A DNA stretch of 64,000 nucleotides from Mobula hypostoma (Eukaryota). Numbering within the stretch: position 1 is the stretch's first letter; every line of letters starts with the position of its first letter. Below, piece by piece: positions 53,470-64,000 of the stretch. The stretch spans positions 32,490,001 to 32,554,000 of the forward strand of contig NC_086097.1 of NCBI RefSeq assembly GCF_963921235.1. The letters are read 5' to 3'. The translations under genes and the position numbers were made by a program. The notes beneath the pieces are model-generated. The model saw only the letters and a list, made by a program, of their open reading frames with translations. It ran no database searches and was not told where the DNA came from.

Positions 53470-54062
53470 GTGATGTTTGTAGTGATTACTGAGTTTGGAG
53501 TGAAAAATTATTGTTTGTTACTGTGATTTGGAGTGAATGATTAGTAATGGTTTACTGATAAGTGAAGGTTCATTATTACATTAACTAACAGTACCCTTAG
53601 TATGTGAATGAAGTTTGATTGTTACTGTCCTGACGAAGGGTCTCGGCCTGAAACGTCGACTGCACCTCTTCCTAGAGATGCTGCCTGGCCTGCTGCGTTC
53701 ACCAGCAACTTTTATGTGTGTTGCTTGAATTTCCAGCATCTGCAGAATTCCTGTTGTTTGATTGTTACTTGTTGACTAGGGCACACTGATGTGTTTGTAG
53801 TGAATGATTATTGATGAGTGAAGGTTTAACGTTACTGGCATAGACTGGCAGGTTTTGAGTGAAGGTTAATTGTTGGTTACTCACATTGACAGGCAGTTCC
53901 CCGGTTGTCTGAGTGATAGTTAATTGTTACTCATTGACTAGCACTATCCAGAGGTGTTTAAGTGAAGGTTTATTGTTGGCTGCTCATTGACTGGCAGTAC
54001 CCCACGGTGTTAAGTGAAGGTTTACTTTTGGTCACTCATTCACTAGCGGTTCCCCGCGGGGT
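53470..54062. repeat. Degenerate ~50-bp minisatellite next to NOXRED1 exon 1
   Basis: Repeated (a/g)agtgaaggtt..ttgtt..ttactcattgact..ca units. Confidence 0.75.
53627..53755 (+). mobile_element. 129-bp Penelope mini-insertion starting at the hammerhead
   Basis: Begins GTCCTGACGA. TSD GTTTGATTGTTACT at 53613-53626 and 53756-53769. Confidence 0.88.
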
Positions 54063-54081
54063 TTGCGCATTAACCAGTTAC

Positions 54082-54257
54082 CTGACGGCTGTCAGAAGAC
54101 TGCAGTAGAAAGCGGCGTGAGCACAACTGCATGCGGTGTGAGCCCAGGCGCGGACCCTGACCATTTTACTGAATTTTTTCTCTCCTTCGCTCAGCGGCGC
54201 CTCGAAGCGAAGCGACGGGAGGCCATGCAGCAAATCCAGGTGTCCGGAGCCCGCCAT
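54082..54257 (-). CDS. NOXRED1: NOXRED1 coding exon 1
   Basis: ATG at 54257 in CpG-rich DNA. Encodes MAGSGHLDLLHGLPSLRFEAPLSEGEKKFSKMVRVRAWAHTACSCAHAAFYCSLLTAV; cf. NOXRED1 DLESLQFE...ACAHATFFCKLL. 176 nt, donor AG|gtaact, phase 2. Confidence 0.9.
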
Positions 54258-54310
54258 GAGTGACCGGGCCTTGGTTCCGAGAGCGGCGACGGCCGAGCCG
54301 CGGCTACTCC

Positions 54311-54419
54311 GTCACCATAACAACGGTTGATCGCGGCCGCTTCTCCTCCACGACTCCGTCGCCAGGCAACGACCGTTCCGTCACCAGAAGAGCCTTGGCT
54401 GCTCCGTCACCATAGCAAC
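54311..54419. promoter_or_regulatory. Cluster of RFX X-box motifs
   Basis: GTCACCATAACAAC 54311-54324, GTCGCCAGGCAAC 54358-54370 and GTCACCATAGCAAC 54406-54419, plus a degenerate copy at 54380. These match GTNRCC-N0-3-RGYAAC (first copy with one mismatch). Confidence 0.72.
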
Positions 54420-56518
54420 TGACGGGAGACGGTCAAGCGAATAACCCTGCAGCTGCTGCAGTGATGACACTAAACAGAAAGGCTGGAAGAACTCGATCAA
54501 GCCTCCTTCGCGGAAGGAGAAAGCCCGTCAATATTTGGTTAGGACTCTTCTCCAGGACTGAAGGGGAGGCTGGAGCGGTTACAGCTTAAAACCTGAAATG
54601 GAGGAGAGGGGTTAAGTGAGGGTTCAGACAGAGGACCATATGGAGACAGGCTCAATGATGAGGGAGACATAGGAGACGACAGCCACTGCAATCTGGATCA
54701 TCACGAAATCTGCTGGAGGGACTCAGCGGCTATGGGGGAAAAGTTTATTACGTTCCTTCAACCTTTTATGTGTTGGACTCATTTGCCTCAATTTGGCATA
54801 GATTTCTGTAAACCTTCTCTATCCATGCATCTTTTAAACTTTGTAATTATACACACCTCCACAACAGCCTCTGGGAACTGGCTTTATTATACCCATCACC
54901 ATCTAAGGTCCTACTTAAATTTCTTCCCCTCTCACCTTAAACCTGTGCTCTCCAGTTTTAGACTCTTCTACCTCGAGGAAAAGACCATGACCATGCAGCT
55001 TATCTCTGCCTGTCAAGATTTTATAAACTTATATAAAATCAGCCTTCGGCCTCCTATGCTCTAGAGAAAAGAGCACCAGCCTATCCAACCTCTTCTTATA
55101 ACTGAAGCTCTCCAGTCCTAGTAACACCCTTGTAAATTGGTTAACTATTGTCTCATAAGTGGTGATGAATCAGTATATGGAAGGGAGACTGAAAATCTGG
55201 CTGAGTGGTGCTATAACAACAACCTCTCACTCAATGTCAGCAAGACCAAGGAGCTTATTACTGACTTCAGGAGGAGGAAAGCAGAGGTCCATGAGCCAGT
55301 CCTCATCATGCGATCAGAGGTGGAGAAGGTCAGCAGATATTGAAGTCCAGCCTCCATTTCAGAGGATCTATCCTGGGTCCAGCACCTAACAAAGTAAAGT
55401 AGCTCCTCTACTTTCTTAGAAGTTTGCAAAGATTCAGCACCATCTAAAACTTTGACAAACTTCTATAGATGTGTGGTAGAAAGTATATTGACTGGTTGTA
55501 TCATGGCCTGGTATGGAAACACAAATACTTTTGAACAGAAAAGCCTACAAAAAGTAGTGGATATGACCCGATCCATCGTGGCCAAAGCGCTCCCAACATT
55601 GAGCACATCTACATGAAGCATTGTTGCAAGAAATCAGCATTCATCATTTAAGACTCCTACCATCCAAGCTATGCTCCTTCTTGTTGCTGCCATCAGGAAG
55701 GTGCTACAGAAGCCTTAGGACCCACACCACCAGGTTCAGGGACAGTATTTACTCCTCAGTCATCTACACTCGTTCTGCTTCTGGTGTTCCCACAGCCAAT
55801 GGTCTCTCTTTAAGGACTCCATATTGTTATTTCTTGCTCATTATTTATTGCTATTTCTATCCCACAGGGGATAACTTCACTCAACCATCACTGAACTGTT
55901 GCCACAACCTAAGGACTCATTACTCATATCATTACTATCCAGATCCAAACTTCGCTTAAATGGTGATATTCAGCTCACATGCACCACTTGTGTTGGCAGC
56001 TTATTCCACACTCACATGACCCTCAGTGAAGAAGTTTCCTCTCATGTTCCCCTTAAGCTTCTCACCTTTTATCCTTAACCCATAACCTTAGGTTGTAGAC
56101 CCACCCAACCTCAGTGGAAAAAGCCCGCTTGCATTTACCCTATCTATACTCCTCAATTTTGTATACGTCTTTCAAATCTCCCCTCAATCTTCTATGTTCT
56201 AAAGTATACAGTCCAAACCAATTGAATCTTTCCTTCTAACTCAGGTCCTCCAGACCCGCTGACATCCTTGTGAATTTTCTCTGTATTCTTTCAACCTTAT
56301 TTACATCCTTCCTGTAGGTAGGTGACCAAAACTGCACACAATACTCCAGATTAGGCCTCACCATCACATCCAATCTTCAGTACTCAATACATCGAGTTAT
56401 AAAGGACAATGTGCCAAATGCTTTCTTGACAACCCTATCTAACTGTGATTCCACTTGCAAAGAATTATGGGCCTGTATTCCCAGATCCCTTTGTTCTTCC
56501 TACCATTACCCTAGTTGG

Positions 56519-59500
56519 AGGACCGCCCTGTCTGCAAATGGAGTAGCAGTATTTTTGTGCTGCTCTTAGTTTCCTTTCTCTACCCCCAGTTTAAGCTTTG
56601 AATTTAAAATTTTTACTTGCTGATTCTTGATGGGATCAATATGTCTATGTCTACAAGAAATGGGAAGAATTTACCTGAACCTAGTGATAAAGGTAATGGG
56701 AAAGGAAAGGTGCAAAAGGAAAGATCTGATGAAATGCCATCGTGGGCTGAAGATATCGTTCGAATCACTGAATCGAATTAAGGATCAGAATGGATCAATT
56801 AAAGACCAACTGGAAAAGAATAGTAATGAAATGAAGTCATTTCTGGGAAAACTTAAAGACCTGGAAACTCAAGTTATTTCACACAAAGAGGAATTGAAGA
56901 TAACTAAGCAAAAGTTGTCTGAAGTTACAACTCGTTTGGAAAGATATCAAAATGAGATTATAGACCTGGAAACTAAGTCTCGACGAAGGAATATACGAAT
57001 TGTTGGGTCGCAAGAAGGAGCTGAAGATGGAGATCTAACGGCTTACTTTGGTAAGCTTTTCTACACTTTATTTCTATAGTTGCCTGCTATAGAAAGGGCA
57101 CACAGGGCGTTTATCTTGAAATTGAAGGATTCTAGTAAACCAAGATCTGTTCTGGTTTGCTTTCATCACTTTAAAATTAAAGATCAAATAATACGACAGG
57201 CAAGAAAACAGAAAGTTTTTAGATTTATAGAATCTGAGCTCCGCTTTTACGAAGATTATCCAAGAGAGATAATGGAACAAAGAGCAAAATTTGCCCTGGT
57301 AATGAAACAAGCATATGATAAAAAAAACTTCTTCCGTATTTGAGGTACCTGACAAGAATTAAAATTTTTCCTGCTAATTCTCCTCCTCATACTTTTTTTG
57401 ATCCAAAAGCTGCACTGGACTTTGTTCAGACTATACCCGCCGCTGTTGAATGATCTATCTGAAAGTCTGTTTGGCTATCTGTATATTATTTGCATTTTGG
57501 AAAGAAGATTTATGAAGATCATTTGTATATTTCATTGAGAGACTAATTAAAGAAGACAAGGAGAGTTATTCATCATTGCATATTGTTGGTTTTCCTTTGG
57601 AAAGACTTATGGCTTAAGTATCTCTGTCTAAATGATCTCTGAAATTCTACGACTGAGAGAAAAAGATAAGGGGATTTGTTCCTTTAATTTAATACTTGGT
57701 TTGTTTCTTTTTTTTAATTAGCTAATTGGTAGTTTTTTCCTACTAATAGGGTTTTTGATATATTTTTCCTGTTTTATTATAACATTCTATAATTGAATTT
57801 AAAGCTTTTTTAAGGAATTAATATTAAACTTGAAGATGGTGCTGGTTTTTCTCTCTAAGAGATAATATTATTTTGGTTCTTTCTTGTTTATTAGTCGATG
57901 GAATGTAAATACCTTTTTTTGCTGAGACTTTTTTTCACAAGGTTACTCTACTTTTTTACTAACTGGGGGGAGGGAAAGAAAACACAGTATGATAATACTC
58001 CTTTTAAAGTTGCAGACTCTTTTAGATATCTAGGTATTATGATTACTTAAAAATATAAGGATCTTTATAAAGCCAATTTTGTTCCCTTAGTAGACTCTAT
58101 GAAGTATTTATTTAGTAGATGGAGTCCACTTACATTTTCACTTGTTGGTCATATTCATATAGTTAAAATGATGATTTTACCGAAATGTTTATATTTATTT
58201 CAGAATATTCCTGTTTTTTGACTAGGAAGTTTTTTGATCGGATTGATTCTATTATTTTATCTTTTATTTGGAATAATAAAAGACCAAGAATTAGTAAATG
58301 TCATTTACAAAAATTGAAAAAGGATGGAGGTCTTGCTTTGCCTAATCCAAGAATGTATTATTGGGCTGTTAATGTGCGATACATGTCTTTTTGGTTATAC
58401 TGGGTTGATAAGAGTGATCAGCCAATTTGGGTAGACCTGGAACTGAAAGTTGTAAAACAGTTTTATTTAACCTCATTATTGGGAGCTCCTGTACCTATGC
58501 AATTAGTTAAAGTTGTTAATTTAAACCTATACCCTGTGATTTTTCTCCCTCTGTCCCTCTGAATATACCTCTTGCCCATCCTCTGGGTCACCCCCCCCCT
58601 TGTCTTTCTTCCCGGACCTCCTGTCCCATGATCCTCTCGTATCCCCTTTTGCCTATCACCTGTCCAGCTCTTGGCTCCATCCCTCCCCCTCCTGTCTTCT
58701 CCTATCATTTTGGATCTCCCCCTCCCCCTCCAGCTTTCAAATCCCTTACTCACTCTTCCTTCAGTTAGTTCTGACGAAGGGTCTCGGCCTGAAACGTCGA
58801 CTGCACCTCTTCCTATAGATGCTGCTTGGCCTGCTGCGTTCACCAGCAACTTTGATGTATGTTCCCTGTGATTAAGTATTCTTTACAAATTTGGCTCCAA
58901 TTCCACAATTTTTTTTAATCTTAAAAAATTTAAACTTTGTAGTTTAATTTACCGAAATTACTTTTTTAAGCCTTCTTTGAGTGATCCAATTTTTTAACTT
59001 TGGAAAAATAAAGGTATTGATTCTTTTTTGGATTTATTTAAAGAAGATAGATTGATGTCTTTTGAAGAATTAATTGATAAATATTCCCTTTCATACTCAC
59101 ACTTGCTGCAATACCTTCAAGTTAGACATTTTTTACAAAAATATTAAAGTAATTTTCCTTACATATTGGAGGCTGACCTGTTAAATACTATTATGAGTAT
59201 GAATCCTTTGATTAAGGGTTCTATTGGAAGAATTTATAACATTATTACAATGGGATAAGCGTCCTTTATCTAAGATTAAACAGGATTGGGAAAAGGAACT
59301 TAATTTGACTTTTATGACGGAGGATTGGATGCGGATATTGAAGTTGGTTAACTCTTCTTCAATTTGTGCTAGCATTCATTGATTCAATTTAAAATTGTAC
59401 ATCGTTATCATTTGACAAAGGAGAGACTTTCTAAAATCTTTTCTAATGTTGATAGTCATTGTGATAGATGCAAAACTGAGATAGCTACAGTGACACATAT

Positions 59501-60144
59501 GTTTTGGTCTTGTTCTATATTGGAAGTTGGTTTTTTCAACAATTTCTAAAGCACTTAAAATTAATTTACAACCAAATAAATTAACTGTTTTTTGGAATAA
59601 TTCCTCAAAATATTCATGGTATTTCTGTGTCCCACCAATGTGTTATTGCATTTGTTACATTGATAGCTAGGAGGGCCATTTTGTTGAAGTGGAAGGATAC
59701 ATCAGCTCCCACTTTGTCACAATGGTTCTCTCAAGTGATGCTATGTCTTAGTTTGGAGAAAATTAGAAGTTGAACCTTTGAACCTTTATTTGATTTTGAG
59801 AAAAGATGGGGCTCATTTGCTTGTTATTATCACTTGAGTTAATTGATATAATTTTTTCACGATCTAATTGTACATTTTTTTAGTATATTTTCTTTTCTTG
59901 CTGGCGGTTTGATGTTTATTTTTAGAAGCTTTTTGTATGACGCATGACTCCAGGGTTGTACACCTAATAGGTTCTTTTTTTTCTCTCACTTTTCTGCTTA
60001 GTAGGTGTTTTTTGTTATCACAATATTTTTTTTCAATCTTTAAGATAATGTTTTTATTGAGGCATTGTAAGTGTTGTTACTTCAATGTACTCATGTTATT
60101 TTTCCTGTATAACAATAAAAAGATTTGAAAAGGAAAAAAAAATA
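56519..60144 (+). mobile_element. L1-clade LINE with both ends and a large ORF2 deletion
   Basis: TSD ATTACCCTAGTTGG at 56505-56518 and 60145-60158. ORF1 DLETKSRRRNIRIVG, IERAHR; ORF2 C-part FRYLGI, GGLALPN..YYWA; AATAAA and A-rich tail. Interrupts a minus-strand CR1 (~55975-56518 and 60159-60465). Confidence 0.9.
58542..58863 (+). mobile_element. Penelope 3' fragment with hammerhead inserted into L1 ORF2
   Basis: Near-identical to 4265-4585; TSD CCCTGTGATT at 58532-58541 and 58864-58873. Confidence 0.87.
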
Positions 60145-60649
60145 ATTACCCTAGTTGGTCCTCCCAAAATGCAAAACCTCATACTTGTCTGCATCAAATT
60201 CTGTCTGCCATTTTTCCAGCTGATGCAGATCTCTCTGCAAGTCATGTTAGTCTTTCTCTCTATGCACTGCACCCACAATCTTGGTGTCATTTGCAAGTTT
60301 GCTGATCCAGTTAACCACATTTTCATCCAGATCATTGATATAGATGATAAACAATGAAGGATCCAGCACCAATATCGGCACCACTTGTCACAAGCCTCCA
60401 GAGAGGTAACCATCTACTACCACTCTCTGGCTTCTCCCACAAAGCCAACGTCTGATCCGATGTCTAATTTTCATTTCACGTTCTTTATTTTTATTGCTTA
60501 ATTATTTATTATTTCTTTTGAATTTGAAGTCTGTTGACATTTGTACATTGGTTGTCCTTGATGGGTGTGGTCTTTGTGAATTCTACTGTGTCTCTTGTAT
60601 TTACTGTGAATGCCTGCAAAAATTGAATCTCAGTTGTACAGGATATGAC

Positions 60650-60695
<46 letters not shown>

Positions 60696-63158
60696 TTGAC
60701 AGTAAATTTACTTTGAACTTTGAAATACCTAGGTACAGTAAAAAAAACCTTTTCTAATTGCTCTTTCTTATAAAAATTGTGTACACGTTTTTCTTGTGAA
60801 TGCTGCTTATCTGATGCTCTGTGCTTGTGAAGCTGCTGCAGGTAAGTTTTTCTTTGCACCTATGCATACACTGGCTTGTGCACCTGACTATAAACTCAAC
60901 TTTGATAATACTGTTATAGTGGATTTATGGATAAATTACCCATTTCTGTGCCTATGAGACTTTGGCTCTGCGTGTTGAAATCCAAGGCCTGAAGGAAGAG
61001 AAGATGTCATACAGTGTCTTGTAACTCTCATCCATTAGAAGCAAGCTTTCACTTTATAAAGCAGGATAATGTACACACAAGATGTGTATTCTTTATTTCT
61101 TCCCTTTCTGAAGTTCACTGTCTATGGTAGATCCATTCACAACCCTCTCTGTGACACATCAACAACATTACTTAGAAATATGTACACCGAGAGCAACCAA
61201 AAAAATATTAATCAATTCACAAAAATTAGGCTTTAAAACTGCTGTACAAAAAAAAAATTAAAACTTTATACAAGGCAATGTTTTTAAAAAAGTAATGATC
61301 TGATTCAGTGATGTTGAGGAGAAACAATTTTATGTGGAAGCTTACAGAGCCAAATTCAGGGAATTTAGTTGAGAATTTGATTGTCACTTTATAGATTTTA
61401 AGATGTATTTTCTGGTGCAGGGGAAATCAGGGATTTGATCCTGCCCTGCCAACACAGCTCCAATCTCAGGTGTAAGGATGCTAGATATCAGTGAAGATAC
61501 TCTTACATGCCAGGTGTCTGCTCACAGATACAGGAAGAGAAAGGGGAGGGGACACAAGAGTTTAAGGGAGGAAGACCGAGAGAAAGGAAAAAGGTGGTGA
61601 GAGGAACAGAAATGAACAGAAGGAATTCTCCCATTTTCCTGTGCCAAAGGAAGCCATTTAGCCCATGATGTGTATGCTGGTTCTCAGATCAATTCCATCA
61701 ATAGCCTTCTCCCACTTCTTTCACTTATCCATTCTAAATTCCATTAATATCCCTCAGATAATCGTTTCAGCCACCAAACAGTAATTTAGAAGGTCAATTA
61801 TTGAGCACTACAGCACAGAAATTGGCCCTTCAGCCAGTCTGGTCTGTGCCAAACTGTTATTCTTCATCTTCATGATGTGGGAATAAACTGGAATACCCAG
61901 GGGAAACACATGTGATCATAGACAGAAATTACAAACTCCATACACACAGCGTGCACACACACACACACACACACATAACAATGGAGGAACTCAGCAAGTC
62001 AGGCAGTATCTATGGGGGAAGGGGTGAATAAACAGTCCATGTTTCAGGCTGAGACCCTTCATCAGGACTGGAAAGGAAGGGTGAAGAAGCCAGAAAAAGG
62101 TGGTGGGGGGAGCTGCGAGCCATCTGCTTTCTACCTGCAGTTATACGACATACTTAAAAGCATGGAGAACACGAATAATCAGTCATGGAGCGGGAGAGAG
62201 TGAGGGAGAGGGGGACGCAAAACAAACCTGATTTGTTAGCTTTCCTCTCTCTAAAGATGCTATTTAACCCACTGGGTACCTTAGAACTTTGTTTTTAATC
62301 ATGTGAGAGAGAATGAGCAGTATAGATAGAGTTAACGCTAGCAGGCTTTTTCCTACTGAGGTTGGGTGTGAGGTCAGAGGTTAAGGGTTAAAGGTGAAAT
62401 ATTAAGGAGAACCTAAGGGGGAACTTCTTCACTCAGACGGTGTTGAGAGTGTGAAGCAAGTTGCCAGTGGAAGTGGTGGATGCAGGCTCGATTGCAGAAA
62501 TTAGATGGATGGGAAGGGTATGGTCCAAGTGCAGGTCGATGGGACTAGACAGAATAACAGTTTGCATGAAATACATGGGCCAAAGGGCCTGTTTCTCTAA
62601 AACAATAAATGTCACATGTCAGAGATAAAAGAAAACTGATTCTAATTTAATGTTCTGAGGCAATGAGTTTTAAACTGGGCATTGATGGCACAGCGAGCAG
62701 AACTGCTGCTTTGCAGCACCAATGATACCAGTTCAATCCTAACATCTGGTGCTGTGTGGAGTTTGCACTTTCTCCCTGTAACTGCATGGGATTCCCCAAG
62801 GTGCTCTGGCTTCTTTTCCTCAGGTCAATGGGTTAACTGCAGCAGTATGTGGGGTAGAATCTGAAAGGTAGTAGGGGAATGTGGGGACAATTAAATGGGT
62901 AAAGTGTATATTGGTGTTCAAGGGTTGGCACAGATTTGGTGAGCTGAAGGATCGGTTCTTGTGTTGTATCTTTAGGAAAAGCTATAAAATGTAGAATACT
63001 AGAACACTGAGCCTTTGATCAGAATTGAGCAAGTAAGAAACAAAGCACAGTGCAGAAAGGAGTGAAGTGTCGGACTGGTACAGTGTTGTGCTGTGGAGAG
63101 GGCAGGAAGAGTATGTTGGAAAACTGAGGTTGGTAATGGAAAAATTCTTGTTGTTGGG

Positions 63159-63237
63159 CAGGAGTTCCCAAACTGGGGTCCACGGACCCTTGATTAATGG
63201 TAGGGGTCCATGGCATAAAAAAGTTTGGGAACTCCTG
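63159..63237. mobile_element. ~79-bp hAT/Charlie-type MITE; relatives at 14150-14220 and 33129-33205
   Basis: Perfect 16-bp TIR CAGGAGTTCCCAAACT. The 14150 copy has a near-perfect 8-bp TSD, CCATAGGG/CCATAGGC. Confidence 0.8.
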
Positions 63238-64000
63238 TAGTAGGATCATAAAACTGGCTTTTCACAGACAGAACCAGGATGTTTTGGAATTGGCAGATAC
63301 TGCACAGCCACCTGTCCCCTTGTTATATCCCGAAAATAAGCATGTCATTTTCCATTTTTGTTACGCTCATCCTGAGTCACTTATTCTGACACTTCAACGA
63401 ATACCACGACCGCTCAAGTTCAGCACATTGTGCTCCATGACGTTTTCAATGCGCTGCAGTGTCTCTGCACTGGACATCTTGGACACTCAACCCAACCTGA
63501 ATGTGAAAACATTTAAGAGAAGAAACAGAAACCAAGAACTTGCAGGCACCTTCAATTTAATCTAAACCTATTGCAGCCAGGGTCTGGCCAATGAATTCCT
63601 CAGGGAGTCTGCTGAGTCAGTTGTTGATGATTGTAGCTATAACCGTTGAAGCAGGCCGCAGGCTCAGGGAGTGTGACCATGAAGAATATCCTGACTAAGA
63701 CAAGGAAGAATAATTAAAATCTTTGCTTCCAGGAGACATAATGCATCCCTTGCAGATGGAGGGTTTATAATCCATATTTGTTATCAAACTGCAAACGATG
63801 CTGACCCCACAGATCACAGCAAGAAGATGGATTCCAGTCACCACCCTGCTTTTTAAAACAATCATTCTCCAAGGCCACTTGTAAATGAACCCGAGAGTTT
63901 CTTCTATGAAGTCACCAGATCAATCAAGTTAATTATGTACTATAAACTCTCCTATTGACACAAAGTTTTTGTTTTTTGGGGATCTGGATGAGACCAAAAT

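Larger units (their letters stand above)
54050..54520 (-). promoter_or_regulatory. CpG island / NOXRED1 promoter region
   Basis: Most conspicuous CpG-dense unique-sequence segment in the window; covers exon 1 and the DNA upstream of it. Confidence 0.8.

Noticed and set aside
54063..54263. Plus-strand 66-aa ORF in the CpG island
   Set aside because: Antisense shadow of NOXRED1 exon 1.
60900..61400. Possible 3' UTR of VIPAS39 (minus-strand AATAAA at ~61092)
   Set aside because: No VIPAS39 coding exon recognised; synteny expectation alone is not enough.
63197..63565. 122-aa ORF
   Set aside because: Starts inside a MITE; no recognisable homology. Could be UTR or intron of a neighbouring gene.

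Overview
Vertebrate genomic DNA. The repeat repertoire (CR1, Rex1/Babar, HE1-like V-SINEs, Penelope, RTE) suggests a cartilaginous fish, probably a ray or skate; this is inference. Two host genes converge, as they do at the human locus. The last coding exon of SAMD15 lies on + (8289-8462). A complete six-exon NOXRED1 lies on - (54257->20958); all introns are GT-AG, all phases match, and the CDS is 1131 nt (376 aa). The CpG-rich NOXRED1 promoter carries a tandem cluster of RFX X-box motifs. Most of the rest is nested transposable elements. The most striking is a young Penelope-like (GIY-YIG) retroelement family with a minimal type-I hammerhead ribozyme. It occurs as a ~3-kb fold-back copy and as 130-320-bp TSD-flanked mini-insertions, several of which start or fold back at the ribozyme. 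Also present: a short RTE-derived element with a candidate HDV-like ribozyme, a Gypsy element with PNMA-like gag and tRNA-Pro PBS, two solo LTRs, an internally deleted L1 with TSD, a Tc1 relic and ~75-bp hAT MITEs. All homology calls come from reading motifs by eye, not database searches. Most TE boundaries are approximate.
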